Of a stretch of 64,000 nt of DNA, positions 32,470-41,308 are shown one piece after another. How positions within the stretch are numbered: position 1 is the first letter of the stretch; each line of letters starts with the position of its first letter. A model generated the notes under the pieces. The model was not told the origin of the DNA. It worked only from the letters and a program-made list of their open reading frames with translations, and made no database searches. The stretch is from an uncultured SAR86 cluster bacterium (GTDB taxonomy: Bacteria; Pseudomonadota; Gammaproteobacteria; Magnimaribacterales; D2472): contig CACEZB010000006.1 of NCBI GenBank assembly GCA_902563835.1, positions 1,976 through 65,975 of the forward strand, in the 5' to 3' direction. A program made the translations under genes and the position numbers.

Positions 32470-33712
32470 TCTTATTATCTCTTGAGATTCTTATGCCAAT
32501 AAATGATAGATAGCCGGCAATAGGTAGTGCTATTAAGGGAACAGCATTTGCAGCAATACTAGTAAATTTACTAAGTGCAATAAATCCGCTTCCAGTCAGA
32601 TCTCCAAACCTTGAAATAAAAGTATCAATAAATACAGTAGATTTATACCTATCATTTTTCTGTAAAGCACTGAAAATAGTTTCTCTTGTTGGTTTATTAA
32701 TACCATATTCGAAAATTCTTAAAATAACAGTAACTATTCCAACCGAAATAATTGAAGGCATCAAACCATATGCTAGATAAGCCAAAAAGAATAACAAGCC
32801 ATACATTAGCATAATATTCTTAATGCCGAATTTCTTAATAATAATATTTGTTAAGAATAATTGGACTATGAGGGTTAATGGTGAAGTAACTTGTTCAACC
32901 GTTGCAAAAAATCTTAATCTTTGTGCTGAGTCTTGTGACCAGTTTTCAACAATATTGATAGCTGTAATCCATTGAATTGTCATTAGTCCTGTCCATAGCC
33001 ATACATAAATAGCTATATTTCTTATTTCACTTCTTTTTAAAGAGTTTTTGATGCCATCAAAACTCCCTCCTCCAACATTATTAAGTTCCAATTGATTAGA
33101 ATGTTTTGATTTCGAAGTAATGAAAATTGCAAGCAGCATAGCTAAAAATAACAATATTGCAGAGGACATGCTAAAAAATTCAAGACCAAAATCATTAAAA
33201 GAATTTGAAAATCTTTTTGAAATTTCGGAACCAAAAAGCGCTCCTAATGATCCGCCAGCCATAATAATTCCATAAAAACCCCTAGTTCTTGAGTCTCTAT
33301 ACAAATTAATTATTACCACCCAAAAAATCGAAACTACAAAAAAAGAGTAAATATTACACCAAACATAAAACACTCTACCTAGCCATATCGAATCTCCTAA
33401 ATCAAAAACTCGCCATGATAGAAGAAAAAAAATCAGATTAAGTATTAAAAATGAGTAACAAAAAAGGATTATCTTTTTTAAATCTGACTTAGATGCTATC
33501 CATGAATATAAAGGATTAACCAAAAACATTATGAGGGCTCCAGCAGCTAGAAGATATGGTAATTCTTCAACGTTGGCAACAGCCATCTCATTCCTAACAG
33601 GCCTTAGGATATACCAAGATGAAAGTACTAAAAAAAATAAAAAAGATGCTGCCAAGGATTCTATGGAAAAAGATTTAGTAACCTTTGTTATCGAATCTTT
33701 TATTAAATTCAT
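32456..33712 (-). CDS. TLC/NTT-like (ATP:ADP antiporter family, COG3202-type) MFS-fold transporter; substrate unknown
   Basis: 418 aa with about 11-12 TM segments. N-terminal YILRPVRNEMAV and the block RVFYVWCNIYSFFVVSIFWVVIINLY....TRGFYGIIMAGGSLGALFG resemble the conserved TLC-family pattern. This assignment is by eye only. Confidence 0.5.
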   Translation of the reverse strand: MNLIKDSITKVTKSFSIESLAASFLFFLVLSSWYILRPVRNEMAVANVEELPYLLAAGALIMFLVNPLYSWIASKSDLKKIILFCYSFLILNLIFFLLSWRVFDLGDSIWLGRVFYVWCNIYSFFVVSIFWVVIINLYRDSRTRGFYGIIMAGGSLGALFGSEISKRFSNSFNDFGLEFFSMSSAILLFLAMLLAIFITSKSKHSNQLELNNVGGGSFDGIKNSLKRSEIRNIAIYVWLWTGLMTIQWITAINIVENWSQDSAQRLRFFATVEQVTSPLTLIVQLFLTNIIIKKFGIKNIMLMYGLLFFLAYLAYGLMPSIISVGIVTVILRIFEYGINKPTRETIFSALQKNDRYKSTVFIDTFISRFGDLTGSGFIALSKFTSIAANAVPLIALPIAGYLSFIGIRISRDNKIKDL

Positions 33713-33731
33713 ACAAAGAATATCCTGAAAG

Positions 33732-33807
33732 TGGTGGGTCGCACAGGATTCGAACCTGTGACCAATTGGTTAAAAGCCAACTGCTCTACCAGCTGAGCTA
33801 GCGACCC
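33732..33807 (-). tRNA. tRNA-Lys (anticodon UUU), CCA encoded
   Basis: The minus strand reads GGGTCGC-TA-GCTC-AGCTGGTA-GAGC-A-GTTGG-CTTTTAA-CCAAT-TGGTC-ACAGG-TTCGAAT-CCTGT-GCGACCC-ACCA. This folds into a perfect 76-nt cloverleaf with anticodon TTT. It lies immediately downstream of cpoB, as lysT does in E. coli. Confidence 0.95.
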
Positions 33808-33834
33808 ATGATAATACATAGTAAAAAATGGAGA

Positions 33835-34485
33835 TTATTCCATATTTTTCAATAACTGCAAGGCTAAGGAAGAAGCGGTATTATTTGGATACTCTCTTAC
33901 AACAAAATTATATTTATCCTTAGCCTTATTAATATCATTTGTTTTTAAATAAATATCGCCAATTTTTTTATGGGCAAGAGGCACTCTATAGTGGTTTGGA
34001 TAAAGGCTGATTAGTTCCATAAAGAAATCTTTTGATTGATCTAATTCATTATTCATTAAACTAATTTCTCCAAGCCAAAAATATGACAATGGTTTTTTTT
34101 CTTCATCGTTAAAGCTATCAACAAAATAATTAAATAATACAAATGCCTTTTCTAAGTCTTGATTTTCTAACGCATCGATAGCTGCTTTATATACTTGGTC
34201 AATGCTTTTAGGATCTTCTATTCCTTTGAACCTTACATCAGTATTTGTTGCTAAATCTTCAATATTTTCAGAGCTCTCTTCATCAGAATTTATAGATTCA
34301 TTTATAAGTTTTTCAATTAAATAGTCCTGGGATTCGACTTTATTTCTTAATTCAGCTATCTCTAATTCTAGTTCTTGAATTTTAAGAAATAAGATGTCTG
34401 TTTTGACATCTTCGTTATCATTTGCAATTAAAGAATTATGAAAAAATATGAATAAAAATATAAATAAACAAAACTTATTATTCAT
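33835..34485 (-). CDS. cpoB: Cell division coordinator CpoB (YbgF)
   Basis: 216 aa. Signal peptide, coiled-coil segment (LKIQELELEIAELRNKVES) and C-terminal TPR repeats. Last gene of the tol-pal cluster. Confidence 0.8.
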   Translation of the reverse strand: MNNKFCLFIFLFIFFHNSLIANDNEDVKTDILFLKIQELELEIAELRNKVESQDYLIEKLINESINSDEESSENIEDLATNTDVRFKGIEDPKSIDQVYKAAIDALENQDLEKAFVLFNYFVDSFNDEEKKPLSYFWLGEISLMNNELDQSKDFFMELISLYPNHYRVPLAHKKIGDIYLKTNDINKAKDKYNFVVREYPNNTASSLALQLLKNME

Positions 34486-34488
34486 TTA

Positions 34489-34983
34489 TTAGTTTATTTC
34501 TACCCTTCTATTTTTTGCATAACTGGATTCATCCTGACCCAATACAGCTGGTTTTTCTTCACCATAACTCTTAACTGTTATTCTACTCTTGTTAATTCCA
34601 TTTAAAACAAGATAGTCACTAACTGTTTCTGCTCTTCTTTGACCTAAAGCTAAGTTATATTCTCTTGTCCCTCTTTCATCGGCGTGACCAGATAGTGTAA
34701 TTGAAATCGAATCATTTTCATCTAGCGCATTAACTGCACTTTTAAGAATTTGTATTGATTTGCTAGTTAGATTAGATTTATCAAATTCAAAGTAAATTGT
34801 TGCATTTGCAAAAACAGCCCTGCTATCATAATTAATAAAGCTTTCACTAGCTGCCGATGAGGTTGCTTTAACTGTTTTTACCTTACCTGATGAAACTTGT
34901 TCTTGAGTAACATTCATAGTCGAACAAGAAGATAAGAAAATTACTAAAATTAAAAAATTAAATTTATTCTTTAAAAAATACAT
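34489..34983 (-). CDS. pal: Peptidoglycan-associated lipoprotein Pal
   Basis: 164 aa. Lipobox FLSSC and an OmpA-like domain (YFEFDKSNL...GHADERGTREYNLALGQRRAETV...). Confidence 0.94.
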   Translation of the reverse strand: MYFLKNKFNFLILVIFLSSCSTMNVTQEQVSSGKVKTVKATSSAASESFINYDSRAVFANATIYFEFDKSNLTSKSIQILKSAVNALDENDSISITLSGHADERGTREYNLALGQRRAETVSDYLVLNGINKSRITVKSYGEEKPAVLGQDESSYAKNRRVEIN

Positions 34984-34999
34984 ATCCGCTCCTATTAAA

Positions 35000-36259
35000 T
35001 TATCTTAAAAATCCTGACCAGACAGGCTCTCTTACCGCACCTTCTTTTGCAGGTAACCTAAATTTTGCTCCGCTTAAAGTTACTCCAGAAAGTAATCCCA
35101 TGCCATTATCTTTAATAGCATAAACTATAACATTTCCATTAGGTGAAATGCTAGGCGATTCATCCATTTGAGATTCTGTGAGCGGTCTTACAAAATTTTC
35201 ATCAAAGTATTTTAGAGCAATCTGAAACTTAGTATTTTCTCTATGCACAAAAATAATGCCTTGGTTATTAGGCAAATATGAGCCCTTGGCATTGTAATTA
35301 CCTTCAAAAGTTAATCTTTTTGGCCTAGCATTGAACCTTCTCAAATTTATCTCATATAACTGTGGTGCTCCAGATCTACCAGATGTAAACATTATTTTTG
35401 AACCCTTTGGAGACCATGTTGATTCAGTATCAATCCCATAATGATTAGTTAGTCTAGTTAAATTCTTATTTTTTAAATTCAAAATATATATTTCTGCATT
35501 GCCATCTTGATACATCGTTATAGATAAAAATTTACCATCTGGAGACCATGATGGCGCGCTTATTTGAAATTTATTTTCAATTACGACCTCTCTTTCTCCT
35601 GTTGCAATATCTTGAATAAAAACCTTAGCTATACCAGTTTCAAAAGAAACATATGCGACCTTCTTTGAATCTGGCGACCAAGCTGGTGAAATAATTGGTT
35701 CCGGGCTTTCAAGTAATACTTGTTCGTTTTTTCCATCTGCATCAGCAATAACAAGATTAAAGTTCTTATTTTCAGTTACATATAAAATTTTTGTTGATGC
35801 GATTCCTTTTATACCAGTTATTTCTTCATATATACCATCACTTATATAATGTGCTAATTGTCTATCCTTATTTGGAATCCCAAACACAGTTGAAGTCCTA
35901 ATCTTAGACCCCTTCTTGATATCATAAACTTGGTATTCTACTGAAGTATTAAATTTATCACTATTGGATATACTTCCAAGAATTAAATAATCAATATCTA
36001 AAATCCTAAAATCATTAAAAATAATTTCTACTTCTTCCTGCGGTTGAGATAATAATTTTTTGTTATTGAAAACTTTGAATTCGCCTGTTCTTTTAAGATT
36101 ATTTGTTACTATTTGATTAATTGTATTTGATATTGAAGTATCACCATTAAATGGTATTACTGCAACTTTATATGGATCTTCTGTCCCCTGGGTAATCTCT
36201 AATACCAGCTCTGATAATAAAATATTTGAAAAAATTAATAATATTAGTATCTTTTTCAT
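35000..36259 (-). CDS. tolB: Tol-Pal system beta-propeller protein TolB
   Basis: 419 aa. Signal peptide and repeated PxWSPDG propeller motifs (PAWSPDSKK, PSWSPDGKF, STWSPKGSK). Confidence 0.95.
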   Translation of the reverse strand: MKKILILLIFSNILLSELVLEITQGTEDPYKVAVIPFNGDTSISNTINQIVTNNLKRTGEFKVFNNKKLLSQPQEEVEIIFNDFRILDIDYLILGSISNSDKFNTSVEYQVYDIKKGSKIRTSTVFGIPNKDRQLAHYISDGIYEEITGIKGIASTKILYVTENKNFNLVIADADGKNEQVLLESPEPIISPAWSPDSKKVAYVSFETGIAKVFIQDIATGEREVVIENKFQISAPSWSPDGKFLSITMYQDGNAEIYILNLKNKNLTRLTNHYGIDTESTWSPKGSKIMFTSGRSGAPQLYEINLRRFNARPKRLTFEGNYNAKGSYLPNNQGIIFVHRENTKFQIALKYFDENFVRPLTESQMDESPSISPNGNVIVYAIKDNGMGLLSGVTLSGAKFRLPAKEGAVREPVWSGFLR

Positions 36260-36882
36260 GATGGATTAAATGTTATTACTATATTTCTAAAGTTAGATTG
36301 ATAAATATTTGTTGGAATTCTATTAAAAAAATTAAATGTTTCAATTCTTTCTACTGCCATTAATGCAGAATTATCAAACCTTATATTTCCACTACTTTTA
36401 ATTAAATTTGAATTTACGACCCTTCCATTTTTATTTATTGTCAGTCTTATATCGCATATAAGACCATTTTGGATATTCATAGGTTTCCGCCATGCTGATT
36501 GCAGTGATTGAATAATTAGTGAACTAAATAGCTCCACTTGATTTTGCTCTGAAGTTTGACTATTTAAAATTTCCTCTTCTAATAACTCTTCTACGCTTAT
36601 CGAGGTTATTAGAGAATCGAATGATATGGTATTCTTGACCTCTACATTTTGAAATTTATTCTCTTCAACTTCGCTTGCTTTAATAACTTTTTTCTGAGGT
36701 GGGGATGATTGTATTTTTTTCTGAACTTCTTCTTGAAAAATTAAATTAACATTTATTGGCTTGCTTAATACAGACCTTTGATTACTTTCGTAATAAAAAA
36801 ACCCAAGTGAATACAAAATTATGGAAGCATGAATCATAAAAGATACAAATGAGGCTTCAAGATAAACTTTATTAACTTTCAT
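36256..36882 (-). CDS. tolA: TolA, minimal form
   Basis: About 208 aa counted from ATG 36880-36882; the track uses TTG at 36897. It has an N-terminal TM, a short linker and a TonB_C/TolA-III-like C-terminal domain. It sits between tolR and tolB. Confidence 0.7.
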   Translation of the reverse strand: MKVNKVYLEASFVSFMIHASIILYSLGFFYYESNQRSVLSKPINVNLIFQEEVQKKIQSSPPQKKVIKASEVEENKFQNVEVKNTISFDSLITSISVEELLEEEILNSQTSEQNQVELFSSLIIQSLQSAWRKPMNIQNGLICDIRLTINKNGRVVNSNLIKSSGNIRFDNSALMAVERIETFNFFNRIPTNIYQSNFRNIVITFNPS

Positions 36883-37294
36883 AACCGGAAGTAACAATAC
36901 CTATCTTAGTAATCCCTACACTTTGAACTGAAGCCATTGCTTTTGCTACATAATCAAATGAAACATCTTTGTCACTCTGAAAAACAACTTCGATTTCAGG
37001 ATTAGCATCGAAGATTACCCTAGACTTTCTTTTTAATTCTTCAAGATCTATAGAAAGTGACTCATCGCCAACATTGATAAAATAATTTCCTGTTTTATCA
37101 ATAGAAATTACAAGTGGCTCATTTTGAACACTCATTTTTGTAGTATCAGTTTGAGGTAAATTAACTTCAATCCCCTGAATTAATAATGGGGATAAGACCA
37201 TAAATATAATTAGCAAGACAAGCATGACATCTATGTATGGCACAACATTGATCTCAGCTTTTAAATTCTTTTTTTTAGCTAGTCTATAGATCAT
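36872..37294 (-). CDS. tolR: Tol-Pal system protein TolR (ExbD family)
   Basis: 140 aa. INVVPYIDVMLVLLIIFMV motif with the conserved Asp in the TM segment. Confidence 0.92.
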   Translation of the reverse strand: MIYRLAKKKNLKAEINVVPYIDVMLVLLIIFMVLSPLLIQGIEVNLPQTDTTKMSVQNEPLVISIDKTGNYFINVGDESLSIDLEELKRKSRVIFDANPEIEVVFQSDKDVSFDYVAKAMASVQSVGITKIGIVTSGYES

Positions 37295-37962
37295 TATTTT
37301 TTTATAGACTCTTTGTAAAAAATGCTAGCAAGCTCCTCTGCGAATATTAATGTACTTTGACTGATTGTTTCCGATTCAGAAGTAAATTTATTAAACGCAA
37401 CTACTGCAGGTATTGCTGCAAATAATCCCATTCCAGTAGCAATTAGCGCTTCAGATATCCCAGGAGCGACTGCATTTATAGTTGCTTGTGTAGCATCAGA
37501 AAGACCTTGGAATGAAGTCATGATTCCCCATACTGTTCCAAGCAAACCAACATACGGGCTTACAGATCCTACATTAGCTAAGAAAGGTAGATGTTTATTC
37601 ATTTCTTCTTCATCAGAGGCTATTGAAACTCTCATTGACCTATTGATGCTTTCCAGATCAAATTCTGAAATGTCTTTGTCAGAGTCTATGTTTTTAAATT
37701 CTTCAAATGAATGTTTAAATAAATTCATTGCTCCATATAAAGATTCGCTTTTTGAAATTTCTTTATAAAGATTATTTAAATCCTTTCCACTCCAGAATTT
37801 TTTAAGAAACTCATTATTTATATTTTTTATTCTTCTAAAAAAATTATATCGTTCTACAATTACTATCCAAGAAAGAACAGAAGCAATAAATAAAAGAAAC
37901 ATCACAATTTTTACAACCATTCCTGCTTCTAAAAAGAGGTTTAATACTGAAATATCGTCCAT
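37294..37962 (-). CDS. tolQ: Tol-Pal system protein TolQ (MotA/ExbB family)
   Basis: 222 aa with 3 TM segments. Conserved LANVGSVSPYVGLLGTVWGIM and PGISEALIATGMGLFAAIPAV blocks. Confidence 0.94.
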   Translation of the reverse strand: MDDISVLNLFLEAGMVVKIVMFLLFIASVLSWIVIVERYNFFRRIKNINNEFLKKFWSGKDLNNLYKEISKSESLYGAMNLFKHSFEEFKNIDSDKDISEFDLESINRSMRVSIASDEEEMNKHLPFLANVGSVSPYVGLLGTVWGIMTSFQGLSDATQATINAVAPGISEALIATGMGLFAAIPAVVAFNKFTSESETISQSTLIFAEELASIFYKESIKK

Positions 37963-37971
37963 AAATTTTTC

Positions 37972-38382
37972 CTATTTAAAAATTAATAATAAATCATCCG
38001 GAAACTTTTGTGGTTTTTTTGTTATCAAATTTATAAAACAAACCTCAACCAAACCTTTTGCGCACTCATTATTATTATTTAAATTTTTTACTGACTGAGA
38101 GAATATCATTCTTGCATCAGATTTTTTTTCTACTGTAGATTGGACAATTATTTCATCTCCTAGTTCAGCGGGAGCAAGATATTCTATATTTACCTCTTTA
38201 ACAATAAATGCAGTATTTGATTTAATAAATTTCTTTTGAAAGAGATTATTATTAGACAAAAAGTTAGATCTAGCTCTTTCAAAAAATTTTAAATAATTTG
38301 CATAATAAACAAAGCCTTGAAAATCAGTATCTTCTACATATATTGTAAATTTTAAATCTTCACACTTGATAGTTTTGCTCAT
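37972..38382 (-). CDS. ybgC: Tol-Pal-associated acyl-CoA thioesterase YbgC (4HBT family)
   Basis: YVEDTDFQGFVYYANYLKFFERAR is the hot-dog thioesterase catalytic motif. The start is probably ATG 38380-38382 (MSKTIKCEDLKF...) rather than the track start at 38412. Either start overlaps the upstream ORF. Confidence 0.88.
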   Translation of the reverse strand: MSKTIKCEDLKFTIYVEDTDFQGFVYYANYLKFFERARSNFLSNNNLFQKKFIKSNTAFIVKEVNIEYLAPAELGDEIIVQSTVEKKSDARMIFSQSVKNLNNNNECAKGLVEVCFINLITKKPQKFPDDLLLIFK

Positions 38383-38785
38383 GCAGTTCGATATCCTCTT
38401 GAAATAATTCAAGTATTATTTGAATAAAATCTGGCCATAATAAGTCAACCGTTACTAAATTATTTTTAATTTCTTTATTAATAGAATTAGCAAGAACTCT
38501 AACTTTTATAGGTCTATTATTAAATTTATATACAAGAGCAGGTTTTAATCCCTGCCCAGAAGATGATGCAAGAACTTGATCCCACCAGTCTGGTCTTGGT
38601 TCTGCTCCAGCGCCATAGGCTTTGCACTCAATACACCAAGTTCCAAGCATTAAATCTGGTAATTCTTTCGTTCTCGTTTGTTCTAAAATTCTCTTAACAG
38701 GATTTTGAAGGTTAAGATCTTCGATAAGTGCATTTGCAATCTGCCTTTCAAAAGCTGCGCCCTTATTTCTAGAGTTAATAGACAA
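38360..38785 (-). CDS. Small PD-(D/E)xK nuclease-fold protein, Hjc-like (candidate Holliday-junction resolvase)
   Basis: 141 aa. NKGAAFERQIANAL (E13), LPDLML (D44) and CIECK (E53, K55) reproduce the order and approximate spacing of the archaeal Hjc catalytic residues. It sits in the yebC / ybgC slot normally held by ruvCAB. Its 3' end overlaps ybgC. Confidence 0.5.
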   Translation of the reverse strand: MSINSRNKGAAFERQIANALIEDLNLQNPVKRILEQTRTKELPDLMLGTWCIECKAYGAGAEPRPDWWDQVLASSSGQGLKPALVYKFNNRPIKVRVLANSINKEIKNNLVTVDLLWPDFIQIILELFQEDIELHEQNYQV

Positions 38786-38787
38786 AA

Positions 38788-39525
38788 TTAATCTTTTACC
38801 TCAAAATTTTGTGGGAATTCAGCATTTGTATGAACTTCTTGAACATCATCAAGGTCATCCATAAATTCCATAATATTTAAAACTTTTTCTGACATTTCTT
38901 GGTCAAGATTTACTAAAGTTTCAGCCCTTAAAGTTAACTGTGCATTTATATAAGCAACTTCATTATTTTTAAAAAAATCTATAATATTATTAAAATCATT
39001 TGCTTCTGTAGTCACTTCAAAAAAATCATCTTCTTGTGTGAAATCTATTGCACCAGATTCAATAACTAATTCCATTAATTTTTCTTCAGAAAAGCCTTTA
39101 TCAATATGAATAATTCCAAGTTTTTTAAATAAATAAGCTACGGAACCATCTGTTCCAAGATTTCCACCAAATTTAGAAAATGCATGCCTTACATCTGAAA
39201 CTGTTCTATTTCTATTATCGGTCATTGTTTCAACTAAAATTGCTACTCCTCCAGGACCATATCCTTCAAAAATTATTTCTTCTAATGAGCCTGTTTCTCC
39301 TGTACCAGAACCTTTTTCAATTGCACGTTTAATTGTGTCTTTTGGCATATTAGCTGAATTAGCTTTTTCTAAAGCTAATCTTAGCCTTGGATTGTCATTT
39401 GGATCAGGGCCATCTTTGGCTGCAACTGTAATTTCTCTAATTACTTTAGTCCAAACCTTACCTCTTGAAGCATCTTGTCTTGCTTTTCTATGTTTTATGT
39501 TTGCCCATTTTGAATGACCAGCCAT
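38788..39525 (-). CDS. yebC: YebC/PmpR family protein
   Basis: 245 aa with the MAGHSKWANIKHRKARQDASRGKVWTK N-terminal hallmark. Confidence 0.95.
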   Translation of the reverse strand: MAGHSKWANIKHRKARQDASRGKVWTKVIREITVAAKDGPDPNDNPRLRLALEKANSANMPKDTIKRAIEKGSGTGETGSLEEIIFEGYGPGGVAILVETMTDNRNRTVSDVRHAFSKFGGNLGTDGSVAYLFKKLGIIHIDKGFSEEKLMELVIESGAIDFTQEDDFFEVTTEANDFNNIIDFFKNNEVAYINAQLTLRAETLVNLDQEMSEKVLNIMEFMDDLDDVQEVHTNAEFPQNFEVKD

Positions 39526-39528
39526 AAA

Positions 39529-41295
39529 TTATTCTTCCTTGTGAGTACTGATGATTTTTAATTCTTCAAGCTGTTCTTTTTCTACTTTACTTGGAGCATC
39601 TGTAAGTAAACATGCTGCACTTTGTGTTTTAGGAAAGGCTATTACATCCCTTATATTTGTTGTATTTGTTACTAACATTACTATCCTATCTAAACCAAAT
39701 GCGATACCTCCATGAGGGGGACATCCTGAAGAAAGGGCTTTTAATAAAAAGCCAAATTTTTTATCAGCTTCTTCTTTAGAAATATTTAAAATACTAAATA
39801 TACTTTGCTGCATATCTTTATCAAAAATCCTAAGCGAACCTCCTCCGATCTCATATCCATTCAGAACAACGTCATAAGCATGAGCAATAGATTTTTTTGG
39901 ATCTTCTAATAATTCTTTTTTAGAACATTGAGGTAAAGTAAATGGATGATGGAGTGGAGTTAAGTCTCCTTCAGCATTTTCCTCAAACATTGGAAAATTA
40001 ACAATCCAACAAGGAGCCCATTTTGAACTATAAAGATTAAGATCTTCTCCTAACTTCTTTATTAAACTGCTCATTGATAAATTGACTACTGATTGAGGTC
40101 CAGCGCCAAAGAAAATTAGATCATCAGTTTTAACTTTTAAAACATCTACAATATTTGAGATTGTCTCACTTTTTAGAAACTTGAGAATAGGCGACTGAAT
40201 ACCATTCTCTAAATCTTTAACATCATTTATTTTTATGTACGCCAGGCCTTTAGCTCCAAGTTTTGAAACAAATTTTGTGTAATCATCGATCTGTCCTCTT
40301 GATAAGGAGTTTCCATTTGGAACCCTCATTGCAACTACTCTAGAATTTTGGTCTTTAGCAGGCTCAGCAAATACTTTAAATTCTTCATCTTTTACTAAAT
40401 CAGATATTTCAGTAAGTTTAAGAGGTATTCTTAAATCAGGCTTATCACAACCATACTCTTCCATAGCATCATGCCAATTCAATACTTCAAATTTATCTAA
40501 GCTTTCATCTGTGAATTCTCTGATAATACTTCTTATCATTTTTTCACTTATCTGCATAATCTCTTTTTGCTCTACAAAAGATGCTTCGATATCTATTTGA
40601 GTAAACTCAGGTTGCCTGTCTGCTCTTAAGTCTTCATCTCTAAAACACCTAGCAATTTGATAATACTTGTTCAAACCTCCAATCATTAGTAATTGTTTAA
40701 ATAATTGGGGAGATTGAGGTAAAGCATAAAAACTTCCCGGCTGAACTCTGCTTGGAAGAATGTAGTCTCTTGCACCCTCAGGAGTCGCCTTGGTTAGTAT
40801 AGGTGTCTCAATTTCATGGAAATCATTCTTATCTAGATAATTTCTTATGAGAGAAGTAATCTTTGATCTGGTAATTATTCTTTCATTCATCTCTGGCCTT
40901 CTAAGGTCAAGCACTCTATTTTTTAATCTTACATCTTCATTAACTTCTTGGTATTCATCAATTGGAAATACTGGTGTGTTCGCCTTGCTAAGAATATCTA
41001 TATTTTTTACTTCTATTTCAATTTCGCCCGTATGCATATTTTTATTAATAGTTCCTTCCAACCTATTTCGTACAACGCCATTAATCTGAACTACATATTC
41101 ATTTCTTATTGATTCAGCTAATTTAAAAGATTCCTTGTTATCTGGATTGACGACTGCCTGACATATTCCTTTGATATCTCTTACATCTAAAAAGATAACT
41201 CCACCATGATCTCTTCTTCTGTGCACCCAACCACAGATCGTTACTTCTTCCTTTAGATTTGAAGATGTTATTTCACCACAATAATGAGACTTCAT
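39529..41295 (-). CDS. aspS: Aspartate--tRNA ligase
   Basis: 588 aa. OB-fold N-terminus (CGWVHRRRDHGGVIFLDVRD), class II motifs (FRDEDLRADRQPEFTQID, GGGSLRI, GIAFGLDR) and the bacterial insertion domain. Confidence 0.97.
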   Translation of the reverse strand: MKSHYCGEITSSNLKEEVTICGWVHRRRDHGGVIFLDVRDIKGICQAVVNPDNKESFKLAESIRNEYVVQINGVVRNRLEGTINKNMHTGEIEIEVKNIDILSKANTPVFPIDEYQEVNEDVRLKNRVLDLRRPEMNERIITRSKITSLIRNYLDKNDFHEIETPILTKATPEGARDYILPSRVQPGSFYALPQSPQLFKQLLMIGGLNKYYQIARCFRDEDLRADRQPEFTQIDIEASFVEQKEIMQISEKMIRSIIREFTDESLDKFEVLNWHDAMEEYGCDKPDLRIPLKLTEISDLVKDEEFKVFAEPAKDQNSRVVAMRVPNGNSLSRGQIDDYTKFVSKLGAKGLAYIKINDVKDLENGIQSPILKFLKSETISNIVDVLKVKTDDLIFFGAGPQSVVNLSMSSLIKKLGEDLNLYSSKWAPCWIVNFPMFEENAEGDLTPLHHPFTLPQCSKKELLEDPKKSIAHAYDVVLNGYEIGGGSLRIFDKDMQQSIFSILNISKEEADKKFGFLLKALSSGCPPHGGIAFGLDRIVMLVTNTTNIRDVIAFPKTQSAACLLTDAPSKVEKEQLEELKIISTHKEE

Positions 41296-41308
41296 GTTAA
41301 TTACCTAT

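Noticed and set aside
33713-33834. tRNA-Lys as a possible integration site for a genomic island carrying the TLC-like gene.
   Set aside because: No integrase or other mobility gene is present, and I could find no duplicated copy of the tRNA 3' end. The neighbouring gene is a single ORF tightly packed against bepA. tRNA-Lys downstream of cpoB is itself an ancestral arrangement.
38521-38760. Locally elevated GC (up to about 55% in one 60-nt line) inside the Hjc-like ORF, as possible evidence for recent horizontal transfer.
   Set aside because: The ORF average (about 40% by rough count) is similar to other conserved genes here such as sucD, sdhA and the thiolase. It cannot distinguish transfer from ordinary coding constraint without a proper compositional analysis.
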